This document shows, in pieces, positions 36,230 through 46,719 of a stretch of 64,000 nt of DNA. Positions within the stretch are counted from its first letter, which is position 1; every line of letters begins with the position of its first letter. Where the stretch lies: assembly GCF_032191835.1 (NCBI RefSeq), contig NC_083237.1, positions 66,464,001 through 66,528,000 of the forward strand. The letters are read 5' to 3'. The notes beneath the pieces are model-generated. The model was given only the letters and a program-made list of their open reading frames with translations, was not told the DNA's origin and did not search any database. A program made the position numbers and the translations under genes. Origin of the DNA: Heteronotia binoei (lineage: Eukaryota).

Positions 36230-36800
36230 ATTTCGATTTATATCTTTGCTTCGCGACCTCCTCTTGGTTTGGCTCCGCCTGGCCCAGGGTTGAGGGTTCC
36301 CGGCAAGCCCCGCGCTCCCCCGCTGCTCCACGCCGGCCCTCCTGGGCGGGCCAAACACCTCAGCTCGCTCGACCCGCCCTCACCTAAGATGGCGGCGGCA
36401 GCATCCGCGCTCCAGATCTCGCCCGCCCCTTCCGCCGCGCTCTCGCGAGAGTTCCGCGGGGCAAGATGTCGGTGCGTGCGCAGAGGGCTGGCGGCAGCGG
36501 AGGCTCCCGCGGAGAGGCCGGCTTCAGTGCCCGGCGGAGGTGGGCGACGACGCAGGCCGGAGCTCCCTCGAGGCCCGCCCAGGCCGCGGCCCAGCGGGGG
36601 CTGAAGGTCCGCAACGCCCTGACCGCCCTCGCCATCGGAGCCGTCGTCGCCGGCATCTGTATCCTTCCCTGGCCCTGCGCATGCGCGGCCCCTTCTCCCG
36701 CTCCGCCCTGCACGTGCCCGGAGGCCGCTTCGGCTGCAGGGAGGGGCTCCCGCGCTGGGACCAGCAGCCCGGCTCGAGCTGGAATTGAATGCAGGGCGTT
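36230..36800. promoter_or_regulatory. CpG island / bidirectional promoter of CNTD1 and COA3
   Basis: CpG-dense. YY1 AAGATGGCGGC 36386-36396; perfect TCTCGCGAGA palindrome (BANP/ZBTB33-type motif) 36441-36450; NRF1 TGCGCATGCGC 36676-36686; E-box CACGTG 36711-36716. Confidence 0.88.
36466..36658 (+). CDS. COA3: COA3 exon 1 coding part (cytochrome c oxidase assembly factor 3)
   Basis: MSVRAQ...RGEAGFSA...RNALTALAIGAVVAGI/Y; transmembrane segment similar to recalled human RNIVTGLGIGALVLAIY; donor GTATCCTT. Confidence 0.88.
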
Positions 36801-38201
36801 GGAATAACACCAAAAGGGGCTCCGGCTCAGCAGTAGGAAGAACTGCCGGACCGTCAGAGCGGTTCCTCGGTGGAACAGGCTTCCTCCTCGGGAGGTGGTG
36901 GGCTCTCCTTCCCTGGAGGTTTTTCAACAGAGGCTAGATGGCCATCTGACAGCTATGAAGATCCTGTGAATTTAGGGAGAGGGATTTGTGAGTTTCCTGC
37001 ATTGTTCAGGGGGTTGGACTAGATGACCCTAGAGGTCCCTTCCAACTCTATGATTCTATGAACTGCCTGAGCATTTGATTCCTCAGTGGAACAGGCTTCC
37101 TCCTTGGGAGGTGGTGGGCTCTCCTTCCTTGGAGGTTTTTAAACAGAGGCTGGATGGCCATCTGACAGCCATGAAGATCCTATGAGTTTAGGGGGCGGTG
37201 TTTGTGGATTTCCTGCATTGTGCAGGGGGTTGGACTAGATGACCCTGGAGATCCCTTCCAACTCCATGATTCTATGATTAACTTCCTGACCATTAAGCAA
37301 AGTTAAATGAAGGCAATGGACTTAGAAAGGGGCCAAGGATAGTACTGTCAATCAAGAATGAGGAAGCCTTGACCTCTGCCGGAATCACCTATATATTTAC
37401 TGTCATATGTATGTGTCATACAGAGGACCATGGCTGGAATGCACTGCAGCTCAGTAACAGGTGGCTAGCCCAGAATCGACCAGTTCACCTGTGGCTTGGA
37501 AATCTTATGCAGAGATAAAGTAAGGATTAATGCTCATAAGAACTGATGAGGATCCGGGCTGCCCTGGGATCATTTGGGTTAGGGGTGGCTTCAGAAGAAT
37601 GTTTCAGGGACTCCCCTCCGCTGTAGCGTGCTGCTACTGAGGCCAGGTCAGGCTCTTCCATTTTCAGACTCAGGCCTCAAGGTGCAAACAAGCAGATTTA
37701 GGGATGGCGTGTCCTTTGTGCCCTTGAGGCCAAGGCTGAAGAGAGGTGAACTACGGGCTGTTTGGTTCCCTTCAGCTCTACTCCCAGCCAGTTAAGAACT
37801 GGTGCTTTGACCCTGTTCTTTGGGAGCCTTCAAGCCTACTGTTTTCAGAGGAGTGTTTGTGTGTATGTGTGCTTTTGTTTCGTACAGAACTCACTCTCTC
37901 CCCATTTTTCTGAACAGTGTATCTGCACGCAGAGCTCTTACTTGGTTACTAAATTCGCCTAGGCTCTGCTTTGAACACACTTCTGGCATTGAGATGACCT
38001 TCCTGGGAGCACGCCTGTGTGCCTTCAGGTACAAGCAGCAGTGACATGTGGCTCAGGGGTCCTGCTTTTTCTCTTGGCTGGTTGCCTGGGTGATCAAAAA
38101 TAAAACGGGGCAGCATTGTACAGAATCCCTTGGCTGTTGCTGGGAACGACCAGGAGGGCCAGCGATTTTCCTCATTGTTTTCCTGAATGTGCTGTGCATA
38201 G
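36659..38201 (+). other. COA3: U12-type (minor spliceosome) GT-AG intron of COA3
   Basis: 5' site GTATCCTT; branch-like TTCCTGAAT ending about 13 nt before the AG; no polypyrimidine tract next to the acceptor. Confidence 0.88.
36845..37280 (+). mobile_element. Two tandem CR1 3' ends in the COA3 intron
   Basis: ggactagatgaccct...ccaactc(t/c)atgattctatga occurs twice. Confidence 0.85.
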
Positions 38202-38305
38202 ATGGCTACACCTTTTACTCTGTCTCCCAAGAGCACTTCCTGGATGAGTTGGAACTGGAGGCCAAAGCCGCACGGGCCCAAGCAGCAAAGACCTCTGCTA
38301 ACTGA
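38202..38305 (+). CDS. COA3: COA3 exon 2 coding part ([34 protein letters not shown])
   Basis: Closely matches recalled human [25 protein letters not shown]; TGA at 38303-38305. Confidence 0.95.
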
Positions 38306-38453
38306 GACCAGCTGAGTACAGGATTGGACAGTCTTCCCTAACCCTACATTGGGTCACGTCTGCTCCCTTCCTCCTGCTGTCAGTCTGCAACATTTGCTTT
38401 GTCTGGGCTCCCCCCCCCCCACTCCTTTCAGCTGTTTGATGTGGAGCAAGAGC

Positions 38454-38459
38454 AATAAA
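38454..38459 (+). terminator. COA3 poly(A) signal AATAAA
   Basis: First canonical hexamer, about 150 nt after the COA3 stop. Confidence 0.65.
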
Positions 38460-39130
38460 AGAGCTTTGTGAAGACGGATGGAAGCTTGTCTCTGAAGCTG
38501 CCTTTGGGGCCTGGTCAGGCAGGGTGGGGGAAGTAACGTAACGTTCAGTGACAGCAGCCTTGCCTGGTGGGCCTTTTACCTCCAGGAGTGGGCAGATGCT
38601 GCCCTTGAACTGTGGAACTGGCTCCTGCAAAGCCTTTTTTGTCCCTCCGGTTCTTCACTGCCCAGCTATTTGGCCATGTTCTGAGGGGGGTGGGGTGGGG
38701 AGCTTACTAATGTGTTGTGAGTGAAACTTCCCTACTTCAGAGGCAGCTTGGAGTAGCAAAGTGAGTGGGGAAGAAAATGCTGGTGTTTATGTGGGCCAGG
38801 ATCATCCTGGTACCTTCATTACTGTGGCACATGATTAGCTGGGCTGGAAGACTTCCTCCATCAGGTGGCTGTTGGTGGCGAGGTTAGTGGAAGAGAATGG
38901 AAAGGGGGGGATGATCAGGCCTTGAGCAGACAAAAGGAAAGGCTGCAGTGAAACATATCAGGGTCTGATTCAGGTGGGCAGCTGTGTTGGTCTGAAGTGG
39001 CAGAACAAAGTCTGAGTCCAGGGGTACCTTTAAGACCAACGAAGTTTTATTCAAGGTATAAGCTTCCATGTGCATGCATACTCTTTCAGATATATTTATT
39101 ATTCCTTCAACTTGATGGATCACCCTATTC

Positions 39131-39614
39131 CAACAGTTTGGTGTAGTGGTTAAGTGTGTGGACTCTTATCTGGGAGAACCGGGTTTGATCCCCACTCCTC
39201 CACTTGCACCTGCTGGAATGGCCTTGGGTCAGCCATAGCTCTGGCAAAGGTTGTCCTTGAAAGGGCAGCTGCTGTGAGAGCCCTCTCGGCCCCACCAACC
39301 TCACAGGGTGTCTGTTGTGGGGGAGGAAGGTAAAGGAGATTGTGAGCCCCTCTGAGACTCTTTGGAGTGGAGGGCGGGATATAAATCCAATATCTTCATC
39401 TACCTCACAGGGTGTCTGTTGTGGGGGAGGAAGGTAAAGGAGATTGTGAGCTGCTCTGAGACTCTTCGGAGTGGAGGGCGGGATATAAATCCAATATCTT
39501 CATCTACCTCACAGGGTGTCTGTTGTGGGGGAGGAAGGGAAAGGAGATTGTGAGCCGCTCTGAGACTCTTCGGAGTGGAGGGCAGGATATAAATCCAATA
39601 TCTTCTTCTTCTTC
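39131..39614 (+). mobile_element. Squam3-type SINE with three tandem 104-bp tail units
   Basis: Tail units at 39300, 39404 and 39508; same junction as the 13051 array. Confidence 0.9.
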
Positions 39615-39924
39615 AACAAATGCTGGGCTCTGGGTGATGTACAGCATAATGAATATATACAAACATTTAAAATCAACTGAAATAACAATTATAAAACCCG
39701 ATGACAACCTGTTTAAATTTTTCCAATCCAAATTTCCAGACACAGCATCGGAGGGGGGACCTGTTGCTGTCATGAATCAAAAGCCTGGCAGAACATCTCT
39801 GACTTACATGCCCTGTGGAACTGTGAAAGATCTCACAGGGCCCTGGCAGAGAGTTCCACCCGGTTGGGGGTCAGGACTGAAAAAGTTGAATATATTGAAA
39901 CAAGTCATCAACCATCACATATAG

Positions 39925-40265
39925 GTAGAAGGGGGAGGGGGTTGTCAGAAAAGGTTAGAGTCAAGTTGCATAAACGAACTGAGCCATAAATATAGCTAAG
40001 ATTGGATTAAAGCAGTTGGCAAAACCTGTGAAAACCAGTAAATTTGCATTCAGACAATAAGAGTTAACACAGAGTTATTACAAAAAAAAAAGAGTTAACA
40101 CAGAGATGCAAGAACTGAGTGACTTAGTATGTGTATGATATAAGAAGTCAGTAACTCTGTTAAGCCTTGGGGGTTCCATCGTCCCGAGTGTTTTAATTTG
40201 TAATTCAGCAATCTCCCACTCTAGTCTGCTTCTGAAATCCTTTGCAATAAAACAGCTACTTTGGG
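39925..40265 (-). mobile_element. Penelope-like element fragment (GIY-YIG C-terminus), family 2
   Basis: Translation ...FRSRLEWEIAELQ...PRLNRVTDFLYH resembles PLE endonuclease ends; inverted relative to 41237-41650. Confidence 0.6.
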
Positions 40266-40299
40266 GTCCTCCATTCAGTGTCCTGGGAGGCTGAAATGT

Positions 40300-40740
40300 T
40301 AGGGGTGTCAAACATGCAGCCCAGGGGCCTTATCAGGCCCCCGAACTGGCTTTTGTCTGCTTCCTTCCCCCTCGTTTTCTTCTGCATCTCAACTTGCTTT
40401 GCAAGGCTTGCTCAATCACACAGGAGCTACAGATCAAAACCTTGATTTTTCTCCATTGATTGAGGCTCCTCCCCCTCCTGGTCCCCTAGGGAAGGAAAGA
40501 GCCAGAGCTTCCTTTGCCCTGTTCCCTGGAACCCATGGGAGAGATACAAAGAAAGCACCTTCAAGACCAAGGAGCGCTGATGTTTTAAGCATGCTTTTTT
40601 TTTTAAATGTAGTGTTTGTGTCCTTTAAAAAGTTTATATCTCTGCTACCTAATCTTAAATAGGTACACACATGGCCCAGCCCAACAAAGTCTCATTTATG
40701 TGAGATCTGGCCCTCATAACAACGGAGCTTGACACCCCTG
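40300..40740. mobile_element. hAT MITE (AGGGGTGTCAAAC ... CTTGACACCCCTG)
   Basis: Terminal inverted repeats; no clear TSD. Confidence 0.7.
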
Positions 40741-40886
40741 GTCTACAGGTTATTCAGTTTTGTGATTCTTGATGTCAGATGTGTGTCCATGTATCCTTTG
40801 GTGTAGGGCTTGACCACACTGTTGATATTTATGGGATATTCAATGTTAGAAGATGAGCAAATGTATGAGCCTGAGATGATATAGTT

Positions 40887-41020
40887 CAGGGGTGGCCAAC
40901 GGTAGCTCTCCAGATGTTTTTAGCCTACAACTCCCATCAGCTCCAGCCATTGGCCGTACTGGCTGGGGCTGATGGAAGTTGTAGGCAAAAAACATCTGGA
41001 GAGCTACCGTTGGCCACCCG
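40887..41020. mobile_element. Palindromic hAT MITE, same family as 31298
   Basis: 8-bp TSD ATATAGTT at 40879-40886 and 41021-41028. Confidence 0.9.
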
Positions 41021-41236
41021 ATATAGTTGATGTTGTTAGGACTGTGTTGTCGGGGTGTATGTGGCAGTGAAGTTGGTATCTAGGTTTGTTACAAGCTCTG
41101 GTACCAGAGTCCATGTTCAAATTAGATGTTGTATTATTGTGGGTGAGGAGTTGTTCACGATTGGGAGACTGGCTGCAGGCAAGAAAAGGTCTATCCCCCA
41201 ATGCTTGTGACACACTTCACCCTTCCAGGACACTCA

Positions 41237-41650
41237 GTAGGACATCTCAAAGTAGCTGTTTTATTGCAAGAGAATTTCAGAAACAGACTAGCATGGGGAG
41301 ATTGCTGAATTACAAGTTACTACAAACACTCAGGATAAAGGAACCCCCAGGGCTTAATAGAGATACCAGGTTCTTATCTCATTACAAATGCTAGTATCAT
41401 TCAGTTCTCACATCTGTTTGTAAACTTTTATTATATTGTACGCTAATCTGCTGCTATTCACAGGCCTTAATCCAATCTTAGCTACATTTATGTTCCGTTA
41501 CGTATGCATCTTGACTCTAATTAACCTTTCCTGGCAACACCCGCCCCACCCTCTACCTATACGTAATGGTTGGTGACTATTTGAAGAATTGTGCATGCAC
41601 ACAAAAGCTTACACCCATCATAAAACTTTGTTGGTCTTAAACTTGCCACT
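41237..41650 (+). mobile_element. Penelope-like element 3' fragment, family 2, with decayed hammerhead motif
   Basis: Remnant ...LKVAVLLQENFRNRL...PGLNRDTRFLSHYKC*; TTGAAGAA-TTGTGCATGCACAC-AAAA-GCTT at about 41581-41610. Confidence 0.65.
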
Positions 41651-41943
41651 GAGGATCAGGATCTGGGTACTGCAGAGGAAGTCCAGCCAACCAGGATCCC
41701 CAAACATGATGGGGAAATTATCCCCCGTGAATTGCAAGCTCAGCCAGAAGGGACATCTCCAGGAGCCACTCAATGCCTGAACCCTCCCCGCCCCCATTGA
41801 GAAAGTTGCCACTCTGTGCCTGGGAAGCTGCTAAGGCCGTCCAGGGACAAATTCTGAGGCAGGTCTCAAGGGGCATGCCTGAGAAACTGGGCCAGGACTC
41901 AGTGACGCTGACCAGGTGAGTTGGGCCCAGTGTGATCCTTTAT

Positions 41944-43285
41944 TTTTATTTATTTATTTAATGGACTTATATCCCGCCCTTCTCACCGAAGTGTCTCAGG
42001 GCGGCTTACAACATAATAATTCATATAATTCAATTTAAAACATTTACAAGTACAGTTAAAACCATAATCAATAAAACAAGATAAAACAAAATCAGCGGTC
42101 TATAAAAGCATTTTGTTCCATCCAAAGATGTTCTCATTATCAGTTAGGTGTTGTAGGCCTGCCGGAAGAGGGCTGTCTTACAGGCCCTGCGGAACTGCCC
42201 TAGGTCCCGCAGGGCCCGCACCTCCTCCGGCAGCTGGTTCCACCAATAAGGTCCCGCTATTGAGAAGGCCCGATCCCTAGTGGATTTTAGACGGGCCTCC
42301 TTTGGCCCGGGGACTACCAACAGGTTTTGTGAACCCGAGCGCAGTACTCTCTGGGGAACGTGTGGGGAGAGACGGTCCCTAAGGTAGGCAGGTCCTAGGC
42401 CATATAGGGCTTTAAAGGTAATGACCAACACCTTGTACTGGACTCGGAATATTACTGGCAGCCAGTGCAGATCCCGGAGCCCCGGCCGAATGTGCTCCCG
42501 TCTTGGGAGCCCTAGTAGCAGCCGGGCAGCAGCCTTCTGCACTAACTGCAGCTTCCGGGTCCGGCACAAGGGTAGCCCCATGTAGAGGGCATTACAGTAG
42601 TCCAACCTCGAGGTGACCGTAGCATGGATCACTGTTGCTAGGTCGTCGCATTCCAGGAAGGGGGCCAGCTGCCTCGCCCGCCTAAGGTGAAAAAAAGCGG
42701 ACTTGGCAGTGGCTGCTATCTGAGCCTCCATCGTCAGAGAAGGCTCCAATAGCACCCCCAGGCTCTTGACCCTGCCCGACGCTGTCAGCGGCGCGCCGTC
42801 AAAAACTGGCAGGGGGATTTCCCTTCCCGGGGCGCAGCGACCCAAGCAAAGGACCTCTGTCTTCGCCGGATTCAGCTTCAGTCCGCTCAGCCTAAGCCAC
42901 CTAGCCACTGCCTGTAACGCCCGGTCCAGATTTTCTGGGGCGCAGGCGGGCCGGCCGTCCATAAGCAGATAGAGCTGGGTGTCATCAGCATATTGATGAC
43001 AACCCAGCCCATACCCTCGGGCAATCTGGGCAAGGGAGCGCATATAGATGTTGAATAACATCAGGGAAAGTACCGCCCCTTGAGGCACCCCACAATCAAG
43101 CGTGTGTCTCTGGGACAGTTCCTCCCCAATCGCCACCCTTTGTCCCCGACCGTCAAGGAAAGAGGAAAGCCATTGCAAGGCCAGCCCCTGAATCCCTGCG
43201 TCGGCAAGGCGGCACGCCAGGAGCCGATGGTCGACCGTATCGAACGCTGCCGATAGGTCTAACAGCATCAGCACTGCCGAGCCGC
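41944..43285 (-). mobile_element. 5'-truncated L2 LINE with uninterrupted 376-codon RT/C-terminal ORF (42144-43274)
   Basis: LLDLSAAFDTVDH, GVPQGAVLS, QYADDTQLY and SRLDYCN motifs typical of L2-clade RT; (AAAT)n tail; TTTAT duplicated at both ends (41939-41943, 43286-43290). Confidence 0.93.
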
Positions 43286-43450
43286 TTTATGGCTATCTTG
43301 ACCTGCCTGCTCGGCTTTGGAAAGAAGGTACCATGTTGATCTGCAGTAGAACAAGATGGGTCGCCATGTTTGCCTGTAGCAGCAGAAAAGAGCAGGCGTC
43401 CAGAAGCACCTTCTGGACTTAACACAATTTTTGGCAGGGGAGCAGCTTGG

Positions 43451-43924
43451 TAGGGTTGCCAAGTCCAATGCAAGAAATATGTGGGGACTTTGGGGGTGGA
43501 ACCAGGAGACGTTAGGGGTGGAGCTAAGATCAAGGCTGTGACAAGCATAATTGAACTCCAAGGAAGTCCTGGCCATCACATTTAAAGGGACGGCACACCT
43601 TTTCAATTCCTTCCTTCCATAGGAAATAATGAAGGATAGGGGCACCTTCTTTTGAAACTTGGGGGGTATTTTGGGGAGAGGCACTAGATGCTATACTGAA
43701 AATTTGGTGCCTCTAACCCAAAAAGCAGCCCCCCCCCCCCGAGCCCCAGATACCCGCGGATCAATTCTCCATGATTTTCTATGGGAATAAATCTCCATAG
43801 GGAATAATAGAGTTCCCAGCAGACATTTCCCTCCCCTCCCCCCCGCCTTCTGACGACCCTCAAGCGGGGGGAGGGTCTCCAAACCAGGGGATCCCCTGCC
43901 TCCACCTGGGGATTGGCAACCCTA
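43451..43924 (-). mobile_element. hAT element, same family as 35557-36067, inverted and internally deleted
   Basis: TAGGGTTGCCAA / TTGGCAACCCTA termini; imperfect TSD (cagcttgg vs agctttgg). Confidence 0.85.
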
Positions 43925-45557
43925 AGCTTTGGTGATCCGAAGGAGCGAGCGGTGACCCACGACAGACCCTCCCCTGCAGCCACAAATTTGTTACTCTTTA
44001 AGGTGTTGCTGGGCTTTCGCTCATTTCTGCTGCAATAGAGTGGAGTCCAGCATCTCTCTAGAGACCAGCAGGAGTTTCAGGGTGTCGGCTTCCGAGAATG
44101 AAAGCTCCCCTCATCAAGCACTGTCTGTCTGAGGTGCTGCTGGACTCAAGTCTAATATGCAGTCAGGATCTTTGCGTTCCTCCAGAAGGAATTTTGCCAC
44201 TTGTCTCTCTCTTGGCCACAAGAACCAACTCCATGAACAAGGAAAACTGGCAAACTTTGGCCCCATCTAGAATATTCTGCTTTTCCTGCCCATTTACTCC
44301 TGCTCACTAAATTACCGAGTTGAGTAAATCATTAAAGTGGCACTTGGCTGCGAACCAAATCTGGCATCTGTCCGTCAAATGCACATTTCCTTGCTGAGGA
44401 TTAAGGAAGGGAATTTTCCATTTTGTTCATGCTGGCTGGTCCTGGCTGCAATCCAGGCCTTGGAAGCACATGCCCAGGGGCAGTTTCCCCCCCACAGTGA
44501 GCTTGCCACAGTCATTGCCATTTCCTTTGACTCCTGCATCCTGTAAAACCATTAAGGGCATTTTTAACATTCAGAATAATGCTTAAAACTCTCTCTCAGC
44601 TTGACTTCGCGAATGAAGATTTAAGAAGGGTGCAGTAGTCCACGTCTGCTGCAGGCTCGCTGGTGGCTGACAAGACCAATGCGGGCAGGCAGATCCGGCC
44701 ACAGTGGCTGCAGGGAAAAGTCTGATTTGGGGTTGGTGCTGTAGCAGTGCGATTCTCCCTCAATCTCTTTGTGGTTATTTTTTGACCGCAAGTAAGGATG
44801 CCCGTTGACCGTGGCTAGCCAACTGGGGTGGGGGAGACGAGCTTTGTTTAGGCCACCTTTTCTAGGCCCCTCTCCGTGCGGAGCAAGTAGTGCTGTCCCT
44901 AGATAAGGCTGCTTGGTCGTTCAGGGTGCTGCCGAAAAATGCTTTCGTCTCCGGGTTAGCATCAGGCGACCAATACCCTGAACCGCCTACATGCAGGATC
45001 GGGACTGCGGCTTCCAGTGGCACCTTCCACCTGCCGTTTCACCCCTCGCCCATCACTGCAGGACTTGGTGTGTTGTGGGTTGTGGATGTGGATATGCCCT
45101 TCAGGCCTGCGCAGAGGAATTTTTAGGTGAGGCACAGTGTGCGCGGTACTGGCTCCACCCTTTCACCTTGGGGTCATCTGCCATGGCCCAGTAAGCCGGG
45201 ACGCCGGCAGCGAGTCCTCCAGGTGGTAGGTGTTACATTAACGAGCTCTATCTGCCCGGGTTTGATGTTAGAGTTTTCCTTTTCTAAAACTAAGTTGGTC
45301 TTAAAGGCGCAATCGACTCCTATTTTGTTCTACTACTTCAGACCAGCACAGCTGCCCACTTGGAGCCATAACCTGTGTTCCTGGGACTAGCAATGTGAGA
45401 TTTAGCTTTTGCCAAGTGTCCTAACCTTCTGGAGTTCCTCAGTGGGAATTTTCCGTCTGTCAATAAACACAAAACAAAACAAAACAAAAAAGGCAGCAAA
45501 TGTTCCTTATTCAAAGGAACATTTATATTTTTCCACGCACACACCAAGAAAGATTTG

Positions 45558-45563
45558 TTTATT
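45558..45563 (-). terminator. WNK4 poly(A) signal AATAAA
   Basis: Canonical hexamer on - followed by GU/U-rich sequence. Confidence 0.65.
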
Positions 45564-46315
45564 TTAAAAAATTATACCCAAGGATAAAAGCAACAGGGCT
45601 TGTTTCCAAACGGCAGATTCCCCTTTAGGTAAAAATAAATCACACACACCCCCAGCTAGGAAGGCAATTCCCATCACCATGGCAAGGTAAAAAGAGGAGG
45701 TGCCAAAGCTATCAAGAGCACAACCTGTGGGTTAAGGCAAGGGATGCAAGAAAGGGCCCCCAGTCCCTTTAATGTTCTGCAGGCTTGCTCCTTAGGGCAG
45801 CTGCAGCTGCTGAACGGTTTTGGCAAGCTCTGGGAACTAAGCCAAGCAAGGCACCTACATGGCTTGCCTTTACCAGCTTCCTCCTAGGCATCTGCGTCAA
45901 ACCGCCTTAATCTGGCTGGGAGCAGAAGGAGCTGCATCACAGTGCAACGGCTCTGATCTTAGGCACAAGTGGCCCTGCTTCTGTTACAGCATCACTCCCT
46001 TGAGAGTTCGCACTGCAGGCCCATGCACCCTGCCTTCTGTACACAGGATGTCCCTGAACAAAAGGGCAGCTTGCGGTAGGAAACTGTTCTCTCTTTGCTT
46101 GTTCAGGACGGGCAGCTTTCCTCAGGGGCTGTTCTGCCATTTCTAGGCTCCGTTCCTTCCCCTGCTCCAGCACAGTTGGTGGTGGCCAGTGGCTGAAGGC
46201 AGCTGCTGCATCCATCTCCTCCTGAGGAGGGCGTGGCTCATTAGCAGAGTCTCCTGTCCTTGGGTGGTGAGCAACAGGCTGAGGTAGTCCATGGAAGAGT
46301 CTACAGACAGGATGG

Positions 46316-46318
46316 CTA
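46316..46318 (-). CDS. WNK4: WNK4 terminal exon: stop codon only, followed by about 770 nt of 3'UTR
   Basis: Strong acceptor ctccccttctttctgcag followed directly by in-frame TAG; AATAAA downstream. Confidence 0.75.
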   Translation of the reverse strand, partial: 

Positions 46319-46719
46319 CTGCAGAAAGAAGGGGAGGTGTGTGAGAGGCGCACACTACACGAAGGACACACAAATTTGGCCCTTCTGCTGCCATAAGAGG
46401 CTGCAGAGCTAAGAGCTGGAGCACCTGCTTCGCGTGCCAGGTTGAATCCTGGACCCAGCTCACACTGAGAAGTCGAACTCAAGCTTCCCTCAAACAGAGA
46501 AGAGGCCGCAACAGTCACCCTTTCGTGCAACACTTTTATGGTTGACAATGTTTTCCCATGTTGGGAACAATTTAGTTGACAAGCAGACCCTGATTTAAAT
46601 CACCCCCTGGCAAATCTCATTGGCGGATACTGGGAAACAGGAGTGGGAGAGACCAAGGAGAGTTTCCACCAGAATGGACAGTCCATATGAAGCAGCTGGG
46701 AATGTGAATATGAAGCAGC

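Noticed and set aside
36101-36927. ORFs up to 229 aa on the minus strand across the COA3 promoter
   Set aside because: Ala/Gly/Arg/Pro-rich antisense frames of a CpG island; no recognisable domain.
45937-46548. 203-aa minus-strand ORF near the WNK4 3' end
   Set aside because: Straddles the last intron and 3'UTR, shows no homology I recognise, and the spliced WNK4 frame stops at 46316-46318.
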